In this document: positions 1-7,748 of the stretch, one piece after another
How the letters are laid out: every line of letters starts with the position of its first letter
Numbering within the stretch: the stretch's first letter is position 1
Origin: Parcubacteria group bacterium
GTDB taxonomy: Bacteria; Patescibacteriota; Minisyncoccia; Phycocordibacterales; JACNGX01
DNA: 43,010 nucleotides
NCBI GenBank assembly: GCA_014383885.1
Contig: JACNGX010000021.1
Coordinates: forward strand, 1 to 43,010
Direction: 5' to 3'
Position numbers and translations under genes: made by a program
Notes under the pieces: generated by a model
Databases searched by the model: none
Seen by the model: the letters and a program-made list of their open reading frames with translations, nothing else
Told to the model about the DNA's origin: nothing

Positions 1-1516
1 GGGCAGCATTGGGTATAGCGGTGGGTGTGCGACGGACGGTGACGCCGCCATTGTCGGTAGTAAAGGTCTGCAGTGAGCCGTATGTTGTTACTTTCTCGTT
101 ATCGGCAACACAACGGAAGTAGTAGGTTGTACGCGCATCAAGACCGGAAATAATTTTATCCACTCGTTCGCTACGATCATCACCATCAACATACTGCTTA
201 TAGGTATCGTCGTTCATCGAGGTCGTTTCACCATATTCAAACCACACATCGGTGTCTGAATCATTTGGATCAACATCACAACGCAAACGCGCGGAATCTT
301 CAGTGATATCGGTGGCCGAAAGTGTTTCCACACGAGGGCGATCACCTTCTGGCTCATCATCATCGGTAGTGAAAGTCTTCGTATCACCATAGGTCTTTCC
401 TTCATCGTTTTCCGCGACACAGCGGAAATAATATTTCTCGTCTTCGTCGAGACCGGTCACGGTACGCTCGTATTCATTGTCATCATCATCGATGGTGCGC
501 TTCGAGGTATCTTCGTCCATACCGGAATCCTCGCCATACTCAAACCAGATTTCCGCTTCATCAGCATTGATGTCCACGTCACAACGGAGCGTTGCTGAAT
601 CTTCATCGATATCCTGAGCAGACAATGTCTCTACATCAGGGCGGTCATCTGCACCACCATTATCATCAGTATACAACGTCTTCGTATCACCATACGTTTT
701 TCCTTCATCGTTTTCAGCGACACAACGGAAGTAATATTTCGTGTCTTCATCAAGACCGGAAATACTGCGACTCACGCGCTCTTCATCATCGCCATCACCA
801 ATAGAACGCTTCGAGGTGTCTTCATCCATACTGGAATCTTCACCGTATTCAAACCACACATCAGTGTCGTCGTTGTTCGGATTTACATCACAGCGAAGTG
901 TCGCGGAATCCTCGTCAATATTGATTGCCGAAAGTGTGTCCACGTCGGGACGATCGGCATCATCATCACATCCGCCGTTGTCGCACGGATCATAACACCC
1001 ATCACAACCGCACGGATCATAGTAACAAGAATCGTAATAGTAGTAATCTTCGTAAACGTACGTGGTGTCTTCGTAGTAGTAGTCGTCATACCCATATCCG
1101 TAGTCGTACCCCCAATCGTCGTAATAATCGTACGAGTCGTATCCGTAATCGTAACCATAGTCGTAATCGTAGTACCCATACGAATCATATCCCCAATCAT
1201 AATCATATGTAGTGTTGTAGTAATTAGAATCATCGTAATACCCCCAGTCATCCCCATAGTCGTAATACCCATCATGGTCATAGTAATAATCATCGTAGTA
1301 GTAATCATACGAATCATATCCATAACTATCGTCATCATAGTAATAGTCGTCGTAATAATAATCATACGAGTCGTATCCGTAGTCGCTGTAATAGTCGGCA
1401 TGCGCGACCTGAGGGAGGACAACGGGCGAAAGCACACTTACCACAAGGGCAAACACAGTCACAAGTGCCATACCTGTGCGAAGTGCAGTATTGTGTTGAA
1501 TAGTTGAAAATGTCAT
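1..1516 (-). CDS. Secreted protein, partial (C-terminus runs off the window at position 1). It has a signal peptide, a Tyr/Asp/Gly-rich low-complexity region of about 150 aa, a Cys-rich linker, and three tandem FN3-like repeats of about 100 aa.
   Basis: Manual translation of the minus strand from the ATG (complement of 1514-1516): MTFSTIQHNTALRTGMALVTVFALVVSVLSPVVLPQVAHA, then DYYSDYGYDSYDYYYDDYYY..., then CYYDPCGCDGCYDPCDNGGCDDD. Three repeats follow of the form DRPDVxTLSAxDIxEDSAxLRCDVxxNxDxTDVWFEYGE...GLDEDxKYYFRCVAENDEGKTYGDTKT, which matches the FN3 pattern (W in strand B, GL..T.YYFRV.A.N in strand F). The DNA period is about 300 bp (approximately 80-360, 360-640 and 640-960). The frame is open to the window edge. 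The ORF track omits it because it is incomplete. Confidence 0.7.
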   Translation of the reverse strand, partial: MTFSTIQHNTALRTGMALVTVFALVVSVLSPVVLPQVAHADYYSDYGYDSYDYYYDDYYYDDDSYGYDSYDYYYDDYYYDHDGYYDYGDDWGYYDDSNYYNTTYDYDWGYDSYGYYDYDYGYDYGYDSYDYYDDWGYDYGYGYDDYYYEDTTYVYEDYYYYDSCYYDPCGCDGCYDPCDNGGCDDDADRPDVDTLSAINIDEDSATLRCDVNPNNDDTDVWFEYGEDSSMDEDTSKRSIGDGDDEERVSRSISGLDEDTKYYFRCVAENDEGKTYGDTKTLYTDDNGGADDRPDVETLSAQDIDEDSATLRCDVDINADEAEIWFEYGEDSGMDEDTSKRTIDDDDNEYERTVTGLDEDEKYYFRCVAENDEGKTYGDTKTFTTDDDEPEGDRPRVETLSATDITEDSARLRCDVDPNDSDTDVWFEYGETTSMNDDTYKQYVDGDDRSERVDKIISGLDARTTYYFRCVADNEKVTTYGSLQTFTTDNGGVTVRRTPTAIPNAA

Positions 1517-1582
1517 AAAGATAAAAATATAAACGAATAAAGATTGGCGCCCGTTTCCGCGCGCATGACCTTTTATAGTATA

Positions 1583-1610
1583 ATTATACACTAAACAGAT
1601 ATTTTGTCAA
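1583..1610 (-). promoter_or_regulatory. Sigma70-type promoter for the FN3-repeat gene: TTGACA-N16-TATAAT on the minus strand.
   Basis: The reverse complement of 1583-1610 reads TTGACAaaatatctgtttagtgTATAAT, about 70 nt upstream of the ATG at 1516. Confidence 0.55.
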
Positions 1611-1748
1611 TACCCCTCTGGAGAACTCATATTCTCCCTTATACCTACCATACTGGGATAGCTTTGTCAACACATCGAAACTATTAAGTATAGAAAATAC
1701 AGTAACACCAATAATGAGCGCTTCTCCCCGAATATTCATCATTAGAAT

Positions 1749-1796
1749 CTTTTTGCTGTAAAAAAGTGCCGAAAGATTTGGGAAATCTTTCGGCAC
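1749..1796 (-). terminator. Intrinsic terminator for the 1806-2597 gene.
   Basis: Perfect 14-bp stem GTGCCGAAAGATTT/AAATCTTTCGGCAC (1766-1796) with a 3-nt loop, followed on the minus strand by TTTTTTACAGCAAAAAG. Confidence 0.6.
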
Positions 1797-1805
1797 TACA
1801 ATCCG

Positions 1806-2597
1806 TCACCTCATGCGCAGAGGTGGGGGGCGTCGCACGATCCGCCGTGGAGGCGGTGCCTGACGATACCTCCTCTGCGGAGGAGGACATGGTCGCACCA
1901 CTCTCCTCCGCGGAGGCGGGCAATACCGCTTCGCTCTCGGCTGCGGACGGCGGTACTCCCTCCTCTGCGGAGGAGGTGCTGGACGGCGGTACTCGCGACG
2001 TTCGGTGTGTACGATTTCTCGTACGACCGTCCTGATGATGGCACCGGCAACGACCCTGCCTACGTCGCTCTGGTGTCCGCGATACTCGTCGCGGCGCGGC
2101 TTGTACACCGCTTTCCGCTGAGTCTGTGGAAGTGGCAGCAACATGACGTTGCCACACTCCGCAACGAGGAGTGTGTATACCACCACCCCCCTGTCGGTTT
2201 GGAGACGGAGAAGAGACCCTATCAGGTCCTTCCCCGTCCGGTTTACATACGGCCCATCAGGGAGAAACCCTCCTCCCTTCTGGTTAATCGTAAGGAACGG
2301 CTCACCGCTCCTCACGACCGTGCCGTGCCGCTGCCCGCGCGGCATATTCGCCACGCGGTTAAATTCCTCCTCGAAGTTTACGGCGTAAATACCGTAAACT
2401 TCGAGAGAATTGCGAACAAGCTCCTTGTATAGAGCTTGTTCGTTACTCTCCACGGCGGCATACACGCCGCCGGGATAAAGTGGATTCGCGCCGATGCGCG
2501 AATACTCCCTCGCCCCGAACAATTCGGGCGAACGAGCAAGTCCGTCCGCACTCATCGCAAACAACGCAACGAGCAGAAAAATAAACAATTTTTTCAT
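1806..2597 (-). CDS. Secreted hypothetical protein with a Pro/Arg-rich C-terminal tail.
   Basis: 263-aa ORF with an SD GGAGGGGG about 9 nt upstream of the ATG (complement of 2595-2597). Signal peptide MKKLFIFLLVALFAMSADGLA. The tail reads RREYRRPAPPPQRREYRRPQPRAKRYCPPPRRRVVRPCPPPQRRYRQAPPPRR. The gene has its own promoter and terminator. Confidence 0.55.
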   Translation of the reverse strand: MKKLFIFLLVALFAMSADGLARSPELFGAREYSRIGANPLYPGGVYAAVESNEQALYKELVRNSLEVYGIYAVNFEEEFNRVANMPRGQRHGTVVRSGEPFLTINQKGGGFLPDGPYVNRTGKDLIGSLLRLQTDRGVVVYTLLVAECGNVMLLPLPQTQRKAVYKPRRDEYRGHQSDVGRVVAGAIIRTVVREIVHTERREYRRPAPPPQRREYRRPQPRAKRYCPPPRRRVVRPCPPPQRRYRQAPPPRRIVRRPPPLRMR

Positions 2598-2673
2598 TGT
2601 TAAGCCCCCTCCTTGGGACCATACCTCTCAAAAAAAAGAGGCTTTTCAAGTTGCAATAATTTATCCTGCCACT

Positions 2674-2702
2674 ATTTTATACCAAAATATATGTTTTGTC
2701 AA
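2674..2702 (-). promoter_or_regulatory. Sigma70-type promoter: TTGACA-N17-TAAAAT on the minus strand.
   Basis: The reverse complement reads TATTGACAaaacatatattttggtaTAAAAT. It shares the extended motif TATTGACAAAA with the promoters at 1583-1610 and 26858-26886. Confidence 0.5.
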
Positions 2703-2749
2703 TACCCTGGTAGCTTATGGCTTATAGCTTTGAGCTTATAGGAAAGAAA

Positions 2750-2787
2750 GGGCGGCGACCGAAGGTCGCCGCCCTTTCTTTTTTTTG
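2750..2787 (+). terminator. Intrinsic terminator, bidirectional in form, with no obvious upstream plus-strand gene (see findings).
   Basis: GGGCGGCGACC gaa GGTCGCCGCCC followed by TTTCTTTTTTTT. It is preceded by AAAGAAAG, so the reverse orientation also carries a weaker U-tract. Confidence 0.55.
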
Positions 2788-2987
2788 CTCAAATACAATT
2801 ACAGCGAAGATTCCCATTCAAACCAGGAATGACAATACAGATTTACTTTCTAGTGCGCGCGCAGCACCTACCTACCGGCAGGTAGGCGCTCTTCTAAAAA
2901 CTCCCCTTTACTCCATCACCCTCAAACACTCACTTCTCTAAAAGCCATGAGCTATAAGCTAAAAGCTCGCTATGCTATACTATACTC

Positions 2988-4691
2988 ATGATTACCTTTC
3001 GCGACCCAAAGCAACAAGAACGCTACGAGGAGCTCCATAAACAAGAAGAAGAAGAATTGGTTCGTGTACTTTCAGCACGTTATGGTGTCTCTTCTGTCAC
3101 CCTTTCGTCCGCTACCGTCAACACCGATGCGCTGAAACTCGTTCCTGAGGAGGAAGCGCGAAAAGCCGGTGTTGCCCCGTTTTCTCTCCTTGGGAAAAAG
3201 GTAAAGGTGGCAGTTCTTTCTCCTCATACCAACGAAGTGAAAAGTATCGTGAAAGATCTTTCTCGTCGCGGATACGAGCCGGATATTGTCATGGTCTCTC
3301 ACAATAGTATCGAGCAGGCATGGGCATTGTATCCGGAAATTTCCCGTGCCGAGGAAACGGAAGCAGGTGTGTTTGATATTTCCGGAACTCAACTCGAATC
3401 CATATCGTCGGACATTGCCAAAATCAGCGACATTACCGCTACCGTCGGCTCAATCACCGAGGGGGGCTCACGCAATAAAGTGACACGCATCCTTGAAGCG
3501 CTTCTCGGTGGTGCTATTGCCATCGACGCATCTGATGTTCACTTTGAGCCGGAAGAAAGTGGTGCACGTGTACGTATTCGCGTCGATGGTGTGCTCGTCG
3601 ATACTGCTCGCTTGAATACTGATGTGTACGCATTCATTCTCTCTCGTGTCAAACTTCTATCCGGACTCAAGCTCAATGTGACAAAGAACTCACAAGATGG
3701 CCGTTTCAGTATCCGTCTCCATGACCGCAACATTGAAATTCGTGCGTCGGTTATTCCGGAAGAACACGGTGAATCAATCGTGCTCCGACTCCTTGACCCA
3801 ACATCGCTTGGGCTTGCCTTTGATGACCTTGGCATTGACCCGGCACTGTTTGATGTTATCAAGCGGGAAATCTCTCGCCCCAATGGACTCATTCTCACCA
3901 CCGGTCCGACCGGATCCGGTAAAACAACCAGTCTCTACGCATTTTTGAAACACGTCCATCGCTCGGAAGTAAAAATCATCACAATTGAAAATCCGATTGA
4001 ATATCATCTCGATGGCATCACCCAAACACAAACCAACACCAAAGAAGGGTACACCTTCGCCCAAGGACTTAAAACCGCGCTTCGCCAAGACCCGGATGTG
4101 ATCATGGTTGGTGAGATTCGTGATAGCGATACAGCGCAAACGGCACTGAACGCCGCCTTCACCGGTCACCTCGTCTTCTCCACACTCCACACCAATAATG
4201 CCGCCGGTGTGATTCCGCGTTTGGTGAATCTCGGTGTAAACCCCAAGCTCATTTCCTCGGGCTTGAATCTTTCGCTTGCACAGCGTTTGGTACGCCGTGT
4301 CTGTCCTCACTGTCGTCGCCCGTATGAGCCCACAGAGGAAGAAAAAACACTCATGGAAGGTATTATTGAGCGTTTTAATACAAAACGTGGCACCAGGGAA
4401 ACCCTTGGAGGACATACTCTCTATGAGGCACATACTGCCGTAGATAATACATGTGCCGAATGTGGTGGGCTCGGGTATAAAGGGCGTATCGGTGTGTATG
4501 AAGGTATTCTCACCGACGAATCTACCGAGCGTGTTGTTCTCTCTGACATGCTCACCGAACGAGAGATTCGCAAGGCGTCCAAAGAACAAGGAATCCCTAC
4601 CATGGCCGAGGACGGCATTGTGAATAAAGTCCTTCAAGGTTTGACCTCACTTTCGGAGCTTCGTCGAGTTGTGGACTTGGATGAATCGTGA
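2988..4691 (+). CDS. pilB: Type IV pilus / type II secretion assembly ATPase (GspE/PilB family).
   Basis: 567 aa. Walker A is GPTGSGKTT, Walker B is DPDVIMVGEIRD, and there is a tetracysteine motif CPHC...CAEC. The N-terminal region is a GSPII_E N-domain-like segment. Confidence 0.9.
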   Translation: MITFRDPKQQERYEELHKQEEEELVRVLSARYGVSSVTLSSATVNTDALKLVPEEEARKAGVAPFSLLGKKVKVAVLSPHTNEVKSIVKDLSRRGYEPDIVMVSHNSIEQAWALYPEISRAEETEAGVFDISGTQLESISSDIAKISDITATVGSITEGGSRNKVTRILEALLGGAIAIDASDVHFEPEESGARVRIRVDGVLVDTARLNTDVYAFILSRVKLLSGLKLNVTKNSQDGRFSIRLHDRNIEIRASVIPEEHGESIVLRLLDPTSLGLAFDDLGIDPALFDVIKREISRPNGLILTTGPTGSGKTTSLYAFLKHVHRSEVKIITIENPIEYHLDGITQTQTNTKEGYTFAQGLKTALRQDPDVIMVGEIRDSDTAQTALNAAFTGHLVFSTLHTNNAAGVIPRLVNLGVNPKLISSGLNLSLAQRLVRRVCPHCRRPYEPTEEEKTLMEGIIERFNTKRGTRETLGGHTLYEAHTAVDNTCAECGGLGYKGRIGVYEGILTDESTERVVLSDMLTEREIRKASKEQGIPTMAEDGIVNKVLQGLTSLSELRRVVDLDES

Positions 4692-4706
4692 GAATATACA
4701 AGGAGG

Positions 4707-4737
4707 TACGAAGTACGAACCCCTACGAACATACGAA
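4707..4737 (+). repeat. Full 31-nt tetra-hexamer motif TACGAA-g-TACGAA-cccc-TACGAA-ca-TACGAA.
   Basis: Read directly from the sequence. It begins 16 nt after the pilB stop codon. Confidence 0.8.
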
Positions 4738-4820
4738 TCTTGTTTCTTGAAAGAAAATTACTGTTATTCTGAATCAATTCCAGACTAACAGCAAAAGTGA
4801 GTGGTGAAGCAAAAGTCATG

Positions 4821-4834
4821 TTCGTATGTTCGTA
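4821..4834 (-). repeat. Partial motif in inverted orientation: TTCGTA-tg-TTCGTA, the exact reverse complement of 4724-4737.
   Basis: Read directly from the sequence. Confidence 0.8.
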
Positions 4835-5161
4835 TTGATTTGTAGTCCGTACCCCAACAAAAAAGAACGCATAATCCTCTAAACAAAACTTTAAGTAAAA
4901 ACACTGAAAGGAGAGTATACACTGAGGATAGTGTCAGCGCGTTCCACGTAAAGTGAAACACCAACACGTCCTTGCATATATTCCGTTATTTGTTTAGAGG
5001 ATTATACGTTCTTTTTGAATCCCGAATATACTGCTCGGGGGTGCAAAAGAAACGCCGCATCGACATGTGTGTTCGATTGCGGACGACTATTGAATATTCT
5101 TTTTTCAAGCATATATTCGAACGTCTCGAATGTATCAATATCCTATCATACTTGAAAAAAT

Positions 5162-6196
5162 ATGTCAACCCCTTCTCCAAAAAAGGATACCCCGCCCGAA
5201 AACACACACAAAGACGAGCAGGTCTTAGACACGACGCTCCGTCCGGTAACATGGAACGATTATATCGGGCAAGAACAGATCAAGAGCAATCTCCACATCC
5301 TTCTTTCGGCCGCAACCGAACGCAATCAAGCGCCCGAGCACCTTCTTTTTTACGGTCCTCCCGGACTGGGAAAAACAACGCTTGCTCACTTGATTGCCAA
5401 AGAAATGAATGCGCAGATGAAGAGCACTTCGGGGCCAGCAATTGAGAAGGTGGGTGATTTGGCGTCTATTCTTACCAATTTGTCTCCGGGAGACATTCTC
5501 TTTATTGACGAAATCCATCGACTCAATAAGCTCATTGAAGAAATTTTATACCCTGCAATGGAAACGGGCACGCTTGATATTATTATCGGTAAGGGTCCAT
5601 CGGCACGCACAATCCAGCTCGATCTTCCACCATTTACCCTGATTGCCGCAACTACGCGCATTTCACTTCTCTCTTCCCCGCTCCGTTCACGCTTCTCCGG
5701 CGGCACATTTCGTTTGGAGTTTTACACCGATGAAGAGATCGCTCGTATCGTAAAACGCTCGGCCGATATTCTCGGTATCGCCATGCCGTCTGAGGCGGCG
5801 GAAAAAATCGCCGGAAGAAGCCGGAAAACACCCCGAACTGCCAATTATCTCCTCAAACGATGTCGCGATTTTGCTCAGGTTCGCAAAAACTCTCTCAATG
5901 GAGAAGTGGTAAGCGGTGCGCTGGAACTTCTTGCAATCGATGAGCTTGGATTAAACGCCGGCGACCGCGCAATCCTCGATACACTCATTACGAAATTCGG
6001 CGGTGGACCGGTTGGTTTGAAAACAATCGCTGCGGCAATTTCCGAAGAGGAAAGCACTATTGAAGAAGTTCACGAACCATACCTTCTCCAGCTTGGGCTC
6101 ATCGACCGAACCCCCCGTGGACGCATTGCCACTGAAAAAGCATACCGCCATTTAGGACACAATATGCCGGAAGGTACACAGAATTCGTTGTTGTAA
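5162..6196 (+). CDS. ruvB: Holliday junction branch-migration helicase RuvB.
   Basis: 344 aa with GPPGLGKTT (Walker A), the LFIDEIHRL motif, and a typical RuvB C-terminal winged-helix region. Confidence 0.95.
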   Translation: MSTPSPKKDTPPENTHKDEQVLDTTLRPVTWNDYIGQEQIKSNLHILLSAATERNQAPEHLLFYGPPGLGKTTLAHLIAKEMNAQMKSTSGPAIEKVGDLASILTNLSPGDILFIDEIHRLNKLIEEILYPAMETGTLDIIIGKGPSARTIQLDLPPFTLIAATTRISLLSSPLRSRFSGGTFRLEFYTDEEIARIVKRSADILGIAMPSEAAEKIAGRSRKTPRTANYLLKRCRDFAQVRKNSLNGEVVSGALELLAIDELGLNAGDRAILDTLITKFGGGPVGLKTIAAAISEEESTIEEVHEPYLLQLGLIDRTPRGRIATEKAYRHLGHNMPEGTQNSLL

Positions 6197-6253
6197 TATA
6201 ATGGAATTTTTATACTGCACTCCTCATTTACTATGATACTAACCTCCTAACAT

Positions 6254-6784
6254 ATGTCTGGACATAACAAATGGTCAAAAATTAAACACAAAAAAGCTGC
6301 GACTGATGCGGCGAAAAGTAAAGTGTTTGGTAAAATCGTGAAGCTCATTGCCGCCGAATCAAAAAAGTGCGGTGGTGATGTAAACGCGCCGGGCCTGCGT
6401 GCCGCAATTGAGAAGGCAAAAGCGGTGAACATGCCATCGGATAACATTGATCGCGCGGTGAAGAAAGGTCAAAGTGCCGATCAAGCGACGATGGAGGTAG
6501 TGCACTATGAAGCGTATGGCCCGGGAGGATGTGGTATCATTATTACCGGATTGACCGACAACAAAAACCGTACTGCTCAGGAGATAAAGCACGCATTATC
6601 AAAAAATGGCATTGAGCTTGCCGCCCCAGGAAGCGCCTCATGGATGTTTGAAAACAATCAGGGAGAATTTTCTCCCACCACAACCGTCGCACTCTCCGAG
6701 AGTGATATGGGAAAACTCGAAACACTTGTTGAGACCCTAGAAGAAAACGACGACGTACAAGAGGTGTTCACAAATGTTGAATAG
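6254..6784 (+). CDS. yebC: YebC/PmpR family DNA-binding regulator (DUF28).
   Basis: N-terminus MSGHNKWSKIKHKKAATDAAKSKVFGKIVKLI is characteristic of the YebC family. It lies between ruvB and ruvC, as in many bacteria. Confidence 0.9.
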   Translation: MSGHNKWSKIKHKKAATDAAKSKVFGKIVKLIAAESKKCGGDVNAPGLRAAIEKAKAVNMPSDNIDRAVKKGQSADQATMEVVHYEAYGPGGCGIIITGLTDNKNRTAQEIKHALSKNGIELAAPGSASWMFENNQGEFSPTTTVALSESDMGKLETLVETLEENDDVQEVFTNVE

Positions 6785-6785
6785 T

Positions 6786-6816
6786 TACGAACTACGAATG
6801 TGTACGAACATACGAA
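6786..6816 (+). repeat. Full 31-nt motif TACGAA-c-TACGAA-tgtg-TACGAA-ca-TACGAA.
   Basis: Starts 2 nt after the yebC stop codon. Same 7/10/8 spacing as 4707-4737. Confidence 0.8.
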
Positions 6817-6975
6817 TACATACCATCGGCCGATATGTTTCTTCAATTCTCAACCCATACCTCGATATCTAAGATAGAACCTCTCGTGTCATGTCGCCAC
6901 TTTTAATATACGGAAGAAATACGCATACTTTACTCAAGAACACACCATAATCATGCTTATCCTTCAGACACCAAC

Positions 6976-6999
6976 TTCGTATGTTCGTATGTGTTCGTA
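6976..6999 (-). repeat. Three-hexamer motif in inverted orientation: TTCGTA-tg-TTCGTA-tgtg-TTCGTA.
   Basis: Read directly. It ends 12 nt before the ruvC ATG, and a TTTATA box lies between the repeat and the ATG. Confidence 0.8.
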
Positions 7000-7011
7000 C
7001 TTTATACCCCT

Positions 7012-7500
7012 ATGCGCATCATAGGTATTGACCCCGGTTTTGATCGTGTTGGCGTTGCGATTGTTGAAAAAGAGCGCAGCCACGATACATTGCTGTATTC
7101 CACGTGCATTGTGACCAATCGTGCCGACTCTTTTGTTGATCGACTGATGACAATTGCACGAGAGCTTCGCGCCATTCTGCAGGAATACCAACCCAATACA
7201 TGTGCCATTGAAACACTGCTCTTTGCAGCAAATAAAAAAACAGCAATGCAAGTCGCTGAGGCGCGAGGTGTTATTCTTTTTACTGCCCGGGAAGCAGGTT
7301 TGGAAATCGCAGAATACTCCCCTCTTCAAATCAAGACAGCAATGACGGGCTATGGAAAGGCAGAGAAATCTCAAGTGGAGGCGATGGTACGGCAATTGGT
7401 AAATGTCCCTGAAGGAAAGCGGCTCGACGATGAAATGGATGCGATTGCCGTTGGACTCACCGGCCTTGCTTCTCTTTCTTTTCCACAGACACAGCAATAA
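7012..7500 (+). CDS. ruvC: Holliday junction resolvase RuvC.
   Basis: MRIIGIDPGFDRVGVAIV... is the RuvC catalytic N-terminus. The ORF track starts at 6991, but the MRIIGIDPG start at 7012 is the conserved one. Confidence 0.9.
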   Translation: MRIIGIDPGFDRVGVAIVEKERSHDTLLYSTCIVTNRADSFVDRLMTIARELRAILQEYQPNTCAIETLLFAANKKTAMQVAEARGVILFTAREAGLEIAEYSPLQIKTAMTGYGKAEKSQVEAMVRQLVNVPEGKRLDDEMDAIAVGLTGLASLSFPQTQQ

Positions 7501-7697
7501 AAAGGGGCTTGCAAAGAATAGTGAAATGGATTACAAATAGTAGGATTATACGTTCATTATTTTTTTGTTTCTATTATGTCTATTGAAACAACTTTTTATG
7601 AAGAAGATACCCTGCTTGAAGGACTTGATGAACATGAAATAGTTGAGGACGGATGCGATGAAGTATCTCATGAAGATTTTGATATATAAAAGCAAAT

Positions 7698-7733
7698 CAA
7701 AAGCACCGCGGCGATGAGCCGCGGTGCTTTTGG
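7698..7733. terminator. Bidirectional intrinsic terminator shared by ruvC (+) and tyrS (-).
   Basis: CAAAA GCACCGCGGC gatga GCCGCGGTGC TTTTGG. Confidence 0.65.
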
Positions 7734-7748
7734 AATCTATCCCCCCCT

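Noticed and set aside
883-1437. ORF-track CDS 883-1437 (-) with a Thr/Ile/Met-rich product, and plus-strand ORFs 741-995, 925-1212 and 1274-1507.
   Set aside because: These are alternative frames through the low-complexity GAT/TAC-rich DNA that encodes the Tyr/Asp region. The frame carrying the signal peptide and FN3 repeats runs continuously from 1516 to the window edge and is the credible one.
2007-2432. Plus-strand ORFs 2007-2432 and 2143-2388, and minus-strand ORF 1684-2157, overlapping the 1806-2597 gene.
   Set aside because: They have no start context. The minus-strand 263-aa ORF has a promoter, SD, signal peptide and terminator.
4707-4737. LexA (Cheo-box) interpretation of the CGAACATACG cores in the TACGAA arrays.
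   Set aside because: The Cheo box is a GAAC-N4-GTTC palindrome, whereas the arrays are direct repeats. The idea is kept only as a loose regulon hypothesis, not as a call.
4938-4960. parS-like sequence TTCCACGTAAAGTGAAACA.
   Set aside because: Only the right half matches the parS consensus (TGTTTCACGTGAAACA). It is not palindromic.
4634-4967. Small ORFs 4634-4819 (-), 4785-4967 (-), 4972-5445 (+) and 4986-5252 (-) in the pilB-ruvB spacer.
   Set aside because: They overlap gene ends or repeat elements, have low-complexity products and no SD. The spacer is more likely non-coding.
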